A stretch of 64,000 bases of DNA, taken from Methanothrix sp. (GTDB lineage: Archaea > Halobacteriota > Methanosarcinia > Methanotrichales > Methanotrichaceae). The notes beneath the pieces were generated by a model. It had not been told where the DNA came from. It searched no databases and was given only the letters and a program-made list of their open reading frames with translations. Every line of letters starts with the position of its first letter. Positions within the stretch are counted from its first letter, which is position 1. The position numbers and the translations under genes were made by a program. The stretch covers positions 2,979,342 through 3,043,341 of the forward strand of contig OY821645.1 in assembly GCA_963682135.1 (NCBI GenBank), written 5' to 3'. Positions 53,113-63,106 of this stretch are shown here, one piece after another.

Positions 53113-54888
53113 TTGGCTCTTTCTATTTCAGCGTTGGGATGCACAACATTTGGAATAACCAAATCAGCTTCCTCCGATGGATCTGTCTTTGTGGCACACA
53201 GCAACGATGGCTTCGGGCCGGGTGAGGTGGGCACCACAGTCCGGGAAGATGCTGTAGTGTTCACATATGTCCCTGCTCAGAATTTCACTACTGGGTCAAA
53301 GCGTCCTGTTTTTTATGATCCGAACAGCGGCGGAGAATTTCGGGGAAGCGGTGCTACATCAGATAATGATACGATTATCATTGGCTACATAGATCAGGTG
53401 AATCATACATATGGCTACCTTTCCGGATCGTATGGGATGATGAATGAACATCAGCTGATCTCAGGAGAATGCACGGATTATGCGAAAATCCACCCTGATG
53501 CAGAGCAAGGCAAACGAATCTTCTACAGTTCAGAACTATCAAATATCGCAATGGAGCGATGCAGGACAGCCAAAGAAGCAGTTGAACTGGTAGGATCACT
53601 CATCGAAGAGTACGGGTACTATGGAACGGGAGAGACGCTTATCTTTGGAGATTCAAGAGAAGTCTGGGTTATTGAGATGTGCGGAGGGACACCAACAGAC
53701 ACTGGGGGATATTGGGCGGCACAGCGTGTTCCTGATGGTCAGATTTTCGTTGCTGCTAACGAGTTTCGAATCAGGGAAATCGATGCCAATGACACCAATA
53801 ATACGGACTTGATGTTTTCCAGGAATCTCTTTGATGATGCCGAGACGATGGGATGGTGGAATCGCAGCGATGGGCGGCTTGACTGGACGGCAACATTTAG
53901 CGCTGGCGAGTATTCTCATCCATATTATTCCCTCGGTCGTGTTTGGCGCATCTTCGATCGGATTGCACCCTCAAGAAATCTGTCTCCTTATGTAGAAGGA
54001 CCCTTCACCACAGCTTACCCCTTCTCCATCGTCCCGGACAGGCCTATCAATATCGCAGAGGCGTTTAATCTCTTCCGGGATCATTACGAGGGTACAGATT
54101 TTGATCTGACTGCGCCGCCTGCTGGTGGGCCGTTCGGTGATCCGTACCGAAAATGGGGGCCCTTTGATGAGCATGACCGGCTTTACCCGGGTGAGCTCAA
54201 GCCGGGTTCCTGGCCCAGGCCGATTTCCACCGATCCATGCGGCTACTCTTACGTAGCCCAGGCGAGAGAGTGGTTGCCTGATTCCATCGGCGGAGTATGC
54301 TGGCTCGGTCTCTCTTCGCCTGCCGAGACTTGCTACGCACCATTTTATGCGGGCATAACAAAGCTTCCTGCTCCGTATCTGAATGGATCACACTGGGATC
54401 TTGACTTTGATACTGCATTCTGGCCGTTTGAGATAGTGCAGAATTGGGCCAGGATGATGTATGTGGAGATGATACCGGTCATCAAGGCAGAACAAGCGCG
54501 GCTTGAGTGCAAAGCCATGTCCCAGCAGGCTGATATTGAGCAGCAGGCTCTGGAATTGCATAAGAACGATGAAATCTCTGCTCGGGAATTTCTGACAGAG
54601 TATACGAATGCCACAGCCATGGAGAACCTGGAGAGCTGGAAAGCGCTCTTCGAGAAACTGGTTGTCACCTATCGCAATGGGCAGTATAACGATGTTCAGA
54701 ATAAGACGATAACCAATATTGGATATCCCGATTGGTGGCTTGAGTATGCAGAGTACCAGTATGGCCCGAGAGTGTATGACGTCCAATCTCTGCAGGAGAT
54801 TCCAGGGGTCAAATACACCGACAAAACCGTAAATCTCACACCATCAGAAGACCCTATTGATTATATCCGGGAAAACCAAACTAAGTAG
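53113..54888 (+). CDS. Secreted C69-family dipeptidase (Ntn hydrolase)
   Basis: Mature N-terminal CTTFG…ASSDGS…HSND, MNEHQL, YGYYGTGE; start uncertain. Confidence 0.85.
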   Translation: MALSISALGCTTFGITKSASSDGSVFVAHSNDGFGPGEVGTTVREDAVVFTYVPAQNFTTGSKRPVFYDPNSGGEFRGSGATSDNDTIIIGYIDQVNHTYGYLSGSYGMMNEHQLISGECTDYAKIHPDAEQGKRIFYSSELSNIAMERCRTAKEAVELVGSLIEEYGYYGTGETLIFGDSREVWVIEMCGGTPTDTGGYWAAQRVPDGQIFVAANEFRIREIDANDTNNTDLMFSRNLFDDAETMGWWNRSDGRLDWTATFSAGEYSHPYYSLGRVWRIFDRIAPSRNLSPYVEGPFTTAYPFSIVPDRPINIAEAFNLFRDHYEGTDFDLTAPPAGGPFGDPYRKWGPFDEHDRLYPGELKPGSWPRPISTDPCGYSYVAQAREWLPDSIGGVCWLGLSSPAETCYAPFYAGITKLPAPYLNGSHWDLDFDTAFWPFEIVQNWARMMYVEMIPVIKAEQARLECKAMSQQADIEQQALELHKNDEISAREFLTEYTNATAMENLESWKALFEKLVVTYRNGQYNDVQNKTITNIGYPDWWLEYAEYQYGPRVYDVQSLQEIPGVKYTDKTVNLTPSEDPIDYIRENQTK

Positions 54889-54917
54889 ATTCTATATTCT
54901 TTTTTATTTTCGACATT

Positions 54918-56099
54918 CTATGGTATCTGATCCAGCCCTTGGGCAAAGTCTGCCAGGATATCCTCTCGGTCCTCAATGCCCACTGAGACCCTCACCAGGC
55001 CGTCGGAGATTCCCATCTTCTTTCGCATCTCTTTGGGCATGACGGCATGGGTCATGGAGGCGGGATGCTCAACCAGCGTGTCCACCGATCCCAGGCTTAC
55101 CGCCAGGCTGCACAAATTGAGGCTGTTCATAAGATTGCGACCCGTCTCCACTCCGCCTTTTACCTCAAAGGAGAGCATTCCGCCCCAGCCGCTCATTTGC
55201 CTTGCGGCCAGGGCATGCTGCGGATGGCTGGAGAGTCCCGGGTAGTTCACCTTTTCCACAGCAGGATGCCCCTCTAAATATTCGGCCAGATGCAGAGCAT
55301 TCTCTGCATGTCTTTCCATCCTCAGATGCAGGGTCTTGCAGCCTCTCAGGCAGAGCCAGGCCTCATGCGTGCCCATGGTTCCGCCTGCCGAGAGGGCCGT
55401 GCGCCTCATGGCGGAGATCGTCTTCTCAGAGCCCACAGCCACGCCTCCCAGAAGATCACCATGTCCGCCGATGTACTTGGTGCAGCTCTCCACGATCACG
55501 TCTGCGCCCAGCCGCAGAGGCCGCTGAAAGTAGGGGGTGGCAAAGGTGTTGTCTACAGCCAGCAAGGCTCCTGCCTCATGGGCCATCTTGCTTATCTCGC
55601 CAATATCGCTCACCGCCATGGTGGGATTGGCAGGAGACTCTAAAAAGACCAGGCGGGTGTTCTCTTGCAGACCGGAGAGCACCCTCTCCCGGTCGGTCGT
55701 GTCCACAAAGCTGACCTCGATTCCAAATTTGGGGAGAAGCGTGGAGAAGAGTCCATAGGTCCCACCGTAGATGACATCAGTGGTGAGCAGATGGTCGCCC
55801 TTTTGGAGCATTGAGAGCACAAGCGCCATCTCTGCGGCCATGCCTGAGGAGAAGGCGAGACCTGCTGGCCCGCCCTCCAAGGAGCAGATCTTATCGAGAA
55901 AGGCGGCATGGGTGGGCGTGTTGGGCGCAGAGCGTATGTACCTGTAACCCGGACCGCCGGAGAAGGTGGCAGCGGCCTGCTCGGCGCTTTCAAATACGTA
56001 TGTGGATGTCTGGTAAATGGGTGTAGCGTGAGCACCAAATGGATTGTGCCCTTCACCGGCATGAACGCACCGAGTGCCGAAGCCTGACTCTTTCTCCAT
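54918..56099 (-). CDS. Methionine gamma-lyase / cystathionine gamma-synthase family PLP enzyme
   Basis: PIYQTSTY, FSSGMAA, ESPANP, VDNTFATP, SCTKYIGGHGD, VSLG. Confidence 0.92.
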   Translation of the reverse strand: MEKESGFGTRCVHAGEGHNPFGAHATPIYQTSTYVFESAEQAAATFSGGPGYRYIRSAPNTPTHAAFLDKICSLEGGPAGLAFSSGMAAEMALVLSMLQKGDHLLTTDVIYGGTYGLFSTLLPKFGIEVSFVDTTDRERVLSGLQENTRLVFLESPANPTMAVSDIGEISKMAHEAGALLAVDNTFATPYFQRPLRLGADVIVESCTKYIGGHGDLLGGVAVGSEKTISAMRRTALSAGGTMGTHEAWLCLRGCKTLHLRMERHAENALHLAEYLEGHPAVEKVNYPGLSSHPQHALAARQMSGWGGMLSFEVKGGVETGRNLMNSLNLCSLAVSLGSVDTLVEHPASMTHAVMPKEMRKKMGISDGLVRVSVGIEDREDILADFAQGLDQIP

Positions 56100-56261
56100 G
56101 ATCTTTCACCTGAGTTGGGAATTTGGATGTTCAAAAGAAATATAATTTGCCATTGGTATGAAGTCCAGGGCACTGTAAATGCCATGCATTGGCGGGCAAA
56201 ATTGTCCTGGGAAGATAGGCATCCGCAGCCCAGCCCATCCCTGACATGAAGAGCGCGACAA

Positions 56262-56723
56262 TTACGATTTTTGCTCTTTTTGGCCGAGATCGATTCGGTC
56301 CAGCAACGCCGCTACCTCATCGGGATCTTCCACCTGGAAAGCGCCGCAGATTTCCCAGCTGTTCAGACTTATGACCGGCTTATCCATCTTCATGGCCAGG
56401 GCTATCTCGGAAAGGGTACCCAGTTCTCCGGGGAGAGCAATTACCACATCGGCGCTCTTTACTATTATCGCATTTCTGGCATGGCCCATGCCTGTAGCAA
56501 TCGTCACGTCGACACACGAGTTGGCCTCTTGCCTCTCACCGGGAAGTATGCCGATGCATAGGCCACCTGCCTCTCTAGCCCCGCAGCAGGCCGCCTCCAT
56601 CACGCCGCCCAGACCCCCGCAAATGAGGACATGGCCATGCGAAGCAATGATCTGACCAAGCCGTTTGGCATTCTCTCCGACCTTTGGGCTGCATACTCCC
56701 CCGCCCACAACTGCAATCTGCAT
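56262..56723 (-). CDS. TIGR00725/LOG-like Rossmann protein
   Basis: ICGGLGGVMEAA, TGMGHARN, GELGTLSEI. Confidence 0.88.
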   Translation of the reverse strand: MQIAVVGGGVCSPKVGENAKRLGQIIASHGHVLICGGLGGVMEAACCGAREAGGLCIGILPGERQEANSCVDVTIATGMGHARNAIIVKSADVVIALPGELGTLSEIALAMKMDKPVISLNSWEICGAFQVEDPDEVAALLDRIDLGQKEQKS

Positions 56724-56828
56724 TCTCCTTCCTTAGAGGCTAAACTAAAATAATAGTATCGCCATAACATACAGAAGAAACATAAATACTGCGTGACCTG
56801 AAAAGAACGACCAGAAAGGAATACTTCA

Positions 56829-57317
56829 ATGGATAAAAGATCGGTTCTAAGAGCATTCTTTCGGTTAATCAACCGATTCGTTGTCGTCCCGGCGTTTCAG
56901 ATCGGTTGGGGGCGACTCATATCCAATCCCATTACGGGAGACGTCATGGTGCTCGGCACCAGGGGCAGAAGGACGGGAAGGATTCGCTATACTCCAGTAA
57001 GCTATGCCCGGATGGGACCGAATATCTACTGCTACCAGGGAAAAGAGATGAAAGGACAGTGGTATCTGAACCTTCTGGCCGATCCCAAGATTGAAGTGCT
57101 CCTGCCGGAGGGACGCTTTTCCGGGCACGGTGAAGAGATTCATAACGGTGCAGAGAAGCTAAAGGCAATCAGGCAGATCCTGCTGGGCAGCGGCCTGAAT
57201 CGCTCCATGTACGGGTTTGATCCCGGGGCAGCAAGCGATGAGGTAGTGCTGGAGAAGACAAGATGCATGCCTGTGATCAGAATTGGACTTGACTTTGATG
57301 AGTTTAGCAAAATTTGA
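56829..57317 (+). CDS. Deazaflavin (F420)-dependent nitroreductase family (Ddn-like)
   Basis: LGTRGRRTGRIRYTPV, WYLNLLADP. Confidence 0.8.
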   Translation: MDKRSVLRAFFRLINRFVVVPAFQIGWGRLISNPITGDVMVLGTRGRRTGRIRYTPVSYARMGPNIYCYQGKEMKGQWYLNLLADPKIEVLLPEGRFSGHGEEIHNGAEKLKAIRQILLGSGLNRSMYGFDPGAASDEVVLEKTRCMPVIRIGLDFDEFSKI

Positions 57318-57367
57318 ACTGAGCTGAATTGCGAAAGCTATAACTTTCATCATCCAGATTAGCAATT

Positions 57368-58261
57368 GTGGACTGGTTCTTCCTCTCATTAGTGGGCGCA
57401 TCTGCTCTCGCCGTTACCGGGGTTATCGACAAGTTCATCCTGAGCAAGTATGTGCATAACCCTCTGGCCTACCTTGTCGCGCTGGTGGTAATGCAGCAGA
57501 TGCTTATCATAGTCATACCGGTCTATTTGGGATGGGGTTTTGTCTGCCCCCAGACCTTTTACGCCATGGCGGCAGGTTGCATTCAGGTGGTCCTCTGGTC
57601 GGCCTACCTGCTGGCCCTTCATGTGGAGGAGACGAGCAGAGTGGCTGCCATGGTATTCGTCTTTCCCGTCTTCGTCTTCCTGGGCTCATTTCTTTTACTG
57701 GGAGAGACTCTTGCCGTCAAGGATTATGCAGGAGGGGCTCTGCTGGTCTGCAGCGCCTTATTAATATCCTACCGGCCTGCACAGCGCGGCAGTCCGGCTA
57801 TCGTCTCTCCTGCTCTAAAGTACATGGCCGTATTCTGGATCTTTTCTGCAGCCTATGCTCTGGCTGCCAAATACCTCCTCGCCTTCATGAATGAATGGCA
57901 TTTAATTCTCTGGTCGTCTCTGGGCAGTCTGCTGGCCGTGTTGCCGCTTCTGTATCACGAGGCGGTGCGCAGGGAGTTTGCCGCATATTTCCGTCGCGGT
58001 CCGTTTCTGCTTTCCGCTCTTCTGGCCGACGAGCTCTTCGACTTTCTGGGAAGAGGTGCTTTCATCTTCGCCTATGCCGTCGGCTCGGTAGCCCTGGTCT
58101 CCAGCGTGGCCGCTCTTCAGCCCTTTATAACTCTGATCTATGTACTTCTCCTGGGACTGTTTGTTCCTGGAATCCTACAAGAGGAGCTGGACAGGAAGAC
58201 GATGGCTCTGAAGACAGTGGCCATTCTCTTGATTGTGGTGGGAGTTTATCTCGTCTCTTGA
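57368..58261 (+). CDS. EamA/DMT family transporter
   Basis: About 10 TM helices in two repeats, LLGETL. Confidence 0.85.
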   Translation: MDWFFLSLVGASALAVTGVIDKFILSKYVHNPLAYLVALVVMQQMLIIVIPVYLGWGFVCPQTFYAMAAGCIQVVLWSAYLLALHVEETSRVAAMVFVFPVFVFLGSFLLLGETLAVKDYAGGALLVCSALLISYRPAQRGSPAIVSPALKYMAVFWIFSAAYALAAKYLLAFMNEWHLILWSSLGSLLAVLPLLYHEAVRREFAAYFRRGPFLLSALLADELFDFLGRGAFIFAYAVGSVALVSSVAALQPFITLIYVLLLGLFVPGILQEELDRKTMALKTVAILLIVVGVYLVS

Positions 58262-58326
58262 TCTGTCTGATCTTGAATTGGCGAAGATACCAATTCAACA
58301 AAAAAGGAGATAGTACGATTTTTGCA

Positions 58327-58626
58327 TCAAACTTGTAATGGTTCTTTAATACGACTCAACCGAACGACGATATCACCATCCGGGCAGGTTACATCCGCAT
58401 AGCCTTCGCCTTTTTCCCATGGCATTTTGTCGCTATATCGCATCGCGAAAGCTGAAGGAAATATGGCATTGAATGCTCGCACACACATGCCTTCAGGCGT
58501 TCTGGCTTCAAAAACGAAATTCTCGCCTTTTTTCATTTTTGCAGCGCCTATGCACTTTTCTTTATCTCCCGCAATGCTAATTACTTCACATCTTATTTTA
58601 TAAACAGCCACTTTTGACTCCTCCAC
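58327..58626 (-). CDS. TIGR04076-like Cys-containing protein
   Basis: C…PEGMC…TCPDG pattern. Confidence 0.7.
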   Translation of the reverse strand: MEESKVAVYKIRCEVISIAGDKEKCIGAAKMKKGENFVFEARTPEGMCVRAFNAIFPSAFAMRYSDKMPWEKGEGYADVTCPDGDIVVRLSRIKEPLQV

Positions 58627-58775
58627 ACAAGTTGCTTGGCCTTAAATTGATGTTGGCAATGCTATTTAGTTATTTCTTGATCTCCATTCTTACGAAGCAT
58701 GCAGTATTTCCCTTTCATTACATTCGCTCCACGCACGGCTTGCTCTCATATCCCTAGAGTCACTTATCATCTATC

Positions 58776-59288
58776 ATGGAAATTGAACTCCACCCGGCGA
58801 TCTCTCTGCTCCCTGAAACATTCAATGTCCTGGTAGCCCCTGTTGAGATGTTAGCTGATGCCCTGAACAACCACCTGGAATTGCAGCGCTACAGTGTCCT
58901 CTTCGTCTGTGGCAACTACTCCCGCATCCTCAGTCGATTGGATCGTAACTTCACTGAGTTGGAGGTACGCCGGGCTTTCACCTCTTTCCAGCTAATGACC
59001 ATCTTGGAGGAAAACCACCACAGTTTCTTGATCATCGAACATGATCCGACTCTCTATGAGGATGCTAAAGAGATGGTCGAATATGTGGCACAGGCACTGA
59101 GGCAAACCTCCAGAGATGCAACCATCCTGCTCTACTCCCCCGCTCTGGACACTCATCTGGAGAAGATGACCGAACTGGCGGATCGAGTATTTTGCTTCTA
59201 CGAAATGCCAAAAGCTCCCGCAAGAGGCAGAGCGAAGGCTGAAATGAAAAATACCGGATCGCAGGCCACATTAGAGGTGTTCTCATGA
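58776..59288 (+). CDS. Hypothetical protein (degenerate RecA/RadA-like fold, polB2-cassette type)
   Basis: VRRAFTSFQLMTIL, FLIIEHD; recognition from memory of methanogen polB2 cassettes, not a search. Confidence 0.6.
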   Translation: MEIELHPAISLLPETFNVLVAPVEMLADALNNHLELQRYSVLFVCGNYSRILSRLDRNFTELEVRRAFTSFQLMTILEENHHSFLIIEHDPTLYEDAKEMVEYVAQALRQTSRDATILLYSPALDTHLEKMTELADRVFCFYEMPKAPARGRAKAEMKNTGSQATLEVFS

Positions 59289-59579
59289 GATATGCGATTT
59301 AGGTGTCATTCTTCCTTCTTGGCCTCTTCATTACCTTCTTGCAACTCGAGAATTGGCTTTCTTTGCCAGCTTCCAAAGTTGCATATCAGGAATTAACGAT
59401 GAAGAATCCTCGAAAGGGGATAGCACGCTATAACTTGATTCCAGAGCTATTGCTCCCAATCCCGAGATACTCGCTAAAGAATGCCAACTTTCTAAATTTT
59501 GGAAAAATTATTTATCATATAAACCTAATTAATTAAGTTCAGTTACTTACAGTCAAGGATTTTTACTTGAATCGGAGGA

Positions 59580-61058
59580 ATGAATATGGTAAGAAAAAGA
59601 GCTTTAATGGTAGAGCAATCTGAAGGCCCGGTATCGTCAATGCCGGATTTGAGCAACATAACAAACTGCACAAAAGAAGCCCTGAATGCGATCAGAGACA
59701 AAGATCGCGGACCGGATGATCCAACGAAATTCAATGAACTATTGGAACGAATAGCAGAAGCTGAACTGGAATTGCCGCCAGTCTATCGCGATAATGTCTC
59801 CCAGCCATTTGTACAGAAACTGGAATGGTACGGCAATAATACATTTAAGTATATCTTGAATCGGGATAAGGCGCGCGAGGGGAGGGCTGGTCTGATTATG
59901 GATATCGCTCATGCTATCCTTCAGAACGGCGAGGGATATTTGATGAGGGAATTGGATGCCTTCCAAGAGGTTATTAGCGACCTTTATGATGGCTTCCTAT
60001 CCAATGAGGATCGTCATGATGTAAAGCTTCCCGATCTAAGTGTCATCGCTCCGCTGGTCAAATGGGGCAGACCTAATTTTGGACCATACACCTGGACGGC
60101 CGATGACACCATCAATATGAATGTCCAAACTGCTATCGTCAACATGCCACCCACTAATGCCAGCAAAGGCCTTCTGGCCTGGGGCGCGCTGGGCCATGAG
60201 ACGGCAGGTCATGACATATTGCATGCCGATGATGGCTTGCATGACGAACTGAAGGCCGCCGTGAAGGAAGCGCTTCTTAAAGAGCAGATCAATCCGATAT
60301 TGCCTGATCAATGGGCCGATCGTTTGGACGAATCCGCTTCTGATGTACTGGGCATACTCAACATGGGCCCGGCTGTGGGTATCTCTCTTATCGGTTATTT
60401 CCGGGCCATGAATGCTTCCCTGGGCGGCCCTATGAAGCTATGGAACATGAGCCTGGACATTAATTACGATAACCACCCGGCCGATATCCTTAGAGGCTAT
60501 CTGGCGGCATCTGTGATAAGGCGTCTGAGCTTTGATACTGCCAAAGCCTGGGCTGATGCCACAGAAGCAGAGGTCAACAAGGATCTGGTGGAGATACGAC
60601 TTAATGTATTGCCAAAATATGATGGCACTTTGGATCCAAACTCAGGGACGGTTATAAGCCCGGCCGATGGACGCAAATCAGCGGATGTGGTAGCCGAGAC
60701 CATTATGAACTACAAGCTGAATAGCCTGGAAGGCCATGCTCTGTCAGAAATTCAGAACTGGGGGAACATCGATGAGGAAATCGTAATGATCCTCAGGTCT
60801 GCCTTAAGGTCTTCGGACCCGGAGGTAGAGGCCCTTCTAGAGGGTTTTTATGCAGCCCATGTGGTAGATGCAGCCATAAGAGAAGCAATGGTTAACGGTT
60901 CCGATATTCAATTGATCTTCAGCAATATGATCACGATTCTCAAGGCCATGCATGATGAGAATCCCATGTGGGGTCCGACATACGTAGAACGTCCAGGTGA
61001 TATAGTACGCTTGCGACTGGCTGTTTCCAAGAGCAGGAAGTTCGCCTGGGCTAAATGA
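59580..61058 (+). CDS. Hypothetical protein, putative zinc metallopeptidase-like
   Basis: 492 aa, GGAGG RBS; LGHETAGHDILH, downstream DESASD and HP motifs. Confidence 0.7.
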   Translation: MNMVRKRALMVEQSEGPVSSMPDLSNITNCTKEALNAIRDKDRGPDDPTKFNELLERIAEAELELPPVYRDNVSQPFVQKLEWYGNNTFKYILNRDKAREGRAGLIMDIAHAILQNGEGYLMRELDAFQEVISDLYDGFLSNEDRHDVKLPDLSVIAPLVKWGRPNFGPYTWTADDTINMNVQTAIVNMPPTNASKGLLAWGALGHETAGHDILHADDGLHDELKAAVKEALLKEQINPILPDQWADRLDESASDVLGILNMGPAVGISLIGYFRAMNASLGGPMKLWNMSLDINYDNHPADILRGYLAASVIRRLSFDTAKAWADATEAEVNKDLVEIRLNVLPKYDGTLDPNSGTVISPADGRKSADVVAETIMNYKLNSLEGHALSEIQNWGNIDEEIVMILRSALRSSDPEVEALLEGFYAAHVVDAAIREAMVNGSDIQLIFSNMITILKAMHDENPMWGPTYVERPGDIVRLRLAVSKSRKFAWAK

Positions 61059-61074
61059 GGCAAAAATTATTTTT

Positions 61075-61353
61075 TTAGAAACGTCGAGGCCAAAGTGAGT
61101 AAGGCGCACCAGGAAGAGGTGTTACGATTCCATTATAGATAGTACCTGCATTTGCCGCGTCTTCTGCATAAGCGGACTGTATTCCTGCTTCTATCGCCCT
61201 CACCGTCGAGATATTCCAATTATAAAGGCGCGCATCATAGTACAGATTCAATAGAGCACCACCTTTAGTGCCGGCTTCCCCAACGGTGTCCAAGAATTCT
61301 TCAACATCCTCTTTGTGCACCCCATTACGCGATGCAAACCCCTCGATCTCCAT
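61075..61353 (-). CDS. Small hypothetical protein
   Basis: Protein-like composition from MEIEGF; start uncertain. Confidence 0.5.
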   Translation of the reverse strand: MEIEGFASRNGVHKEDVEEFLDTVGEAGTKGGALLNLYYDARLYNWNISTVRAIEAGIQSAYAEDAANAGTIYNGIVTPLPGAPYSLWPRRF

Positions 61354-62378
61354 AGTCGACAACGAATGCAACCATGCCACCTCCCCTTTGAAAATGAGAA
61401 AACAATTATCGAGTCTCGAGCGTGGCCAACACCAAAAAGTCCATAGTGCCCTTTGCAGAGGAGCCAAATCACCTTCGTGATGGGCTTGACCCGCGCCCGA
61501 GATATTCGACTTCGTGCCGAGCCTGAGGCGTCACAGCACTGGACTATCACACAGTGTCCGTCTCACTGGAATCCGATGCATCGATAGATGTCGGATCTGC
61601 AATTCGCCTCAATCTCAGCATGATTGTGCCACTCCATGCCCCGACCGTGTATTAGCGCGAGATCTCCAGCAGATTACTGTGCCAATCACAGCACGCAACT
61701 TTTTCTTCCTGCTTAAGTCTCTCACAGGTTCATAGCCGAATGCATGGCCACGAAGGCATGCATCTCCTGGAACAAGGATGTAAATCATGCACGTTGCCCT
61801 GCATGTTGCCTATTCTAAGGCAATTATCCTTGCCATCAGAGCATTATCGGATACGTTTTAGCCCACGGCACGCCCACCAACCCTTGCATGAAGCGGCAAA
61901 CTACTATTATAGTCATTATTGATACTTATAGTTTGCGGCTGATTGCTGGTAAAATGAAAAGGGTTTCAAATGTCGCCAATTAAGCTGGCGCAATCAACCC
62001 AGGACGAATAGGTGGGATTGACTCTGTCCACTCGGATGGGCATTATCATTATCCCGAAAGCTAGACCCCACAGGACAAAGAGCAAGATTACATAGTAGAG
62101 ATCCATGAGCATTCACCATTATTAATAGTGATGTTCTTAGTATGTATATATTTCGCATCAGTTCGATGCAGCAACCTCCGAGATACGTAGCTGTGCGCTT
62201 GAAAAAGGAAAACTTAAGGGCTTCATAAGCTCATCCCCACTATAAATATGGACAGAAACTATAAATCATCCGGCGTACTCTACTAGTTATGCCACCCAGC
62301 AAAGTGTTCCTGGGTCTTGGATTTCGGTGGGACAAAACCCGAGTAAGAGCGGAATTGTAGCAGGAGGAAATACGAGGG

Positions 62379-63017
62379 ATGCTGACAGAACTGGAAGATC
62401 AGAGAGGCAAACTCAGGCAGGAGTCCCTTGCCTTCAAGGATCGAAGAAGCCAACTGAATGCTGAAGCGAGCAAATGGGCCGCCAAACGAAATGAGCTTAA
62501 CAGGGCCACCGAAGAGCTGATCGATAAGGCCAAGGAGTTCAAGAAGCTGAGGGACGAGAGTAACAAGAATGTTGCACAGTCCAAAAAGATGAGGGATGAG
62601 TCCAACGAGAAGATAAGCCCGCTCTATGCAAAGATAGACGATATCCGCAAGAAGCACAACTTCACTTGTGAGCGCTCCATTAGAGATCTGCACGGCGAGA
62701 TCGATCGCCTGGAGTTCCGGCAACAAACGGAGATTTTAAGTCCGGATAAAGAGAAGCAACTGGTCAATAAAATTACTGCTCTTCGTGCGGAGTTCAAAGT
62801 GAGAAGAGAGCAGCTTGAGAAGAACGAAGAGCTGAGGAAGCTTCTCGATGAAGCGCAAGCCTTGAGAGATCTGGCATCCAGTTACCACGATCAGGTAATC
62901 AAGTTCGCAGAACTGGCTCAAAAATACCACGATCAGATGATTGGTGCCTTCAAAGAAGCCGATCAGACTCGTGCCGAAGCCGATGCCGCACAAAAAGAGT
63001 TCTTGAAAGCCCAGTGA
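62379..63017 (+). CDS. Archaeal coiled-coil protein (COG1340-like), probably C-terminally truncated
   Basis: Heptad repeats, LEFRQQTEILSPDKE; ends KEFLKAQ*. Confidence 0.7.
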   Translation: MLTELEDQRGKLRQESLAFKDRRSQLNAEASKWAAKRNELNRATEELIDKAKEFKKLRDESNKNVAQSKKMRDESNEKISPLYAKIDDIRKKHNFTCERSIRDLHGEIDRLEFRQQTEILSPDKEKQLVNKITALRAEFKVRREQLEKNEELRKLLDEAQALRDLASSYHDQVIKFAELAQKYHDQMIGAFKEADQTRAEADAAQKEFLKAQ

Positions 63018-63106
63018 CTTTTCCTCGATATCTTTTTTGTGAAAGCAAGTAGTATAATATTATCATTACGTCTGCACGATGAGCTGTTCCGGGCCATCTT
63101 GATGGA

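Noticed and set aside
61470-62250. Long non-coding stretch with short ORFs
   Set aside because: No recognisable repeat, RNA family or pseudogene could be supported by eye
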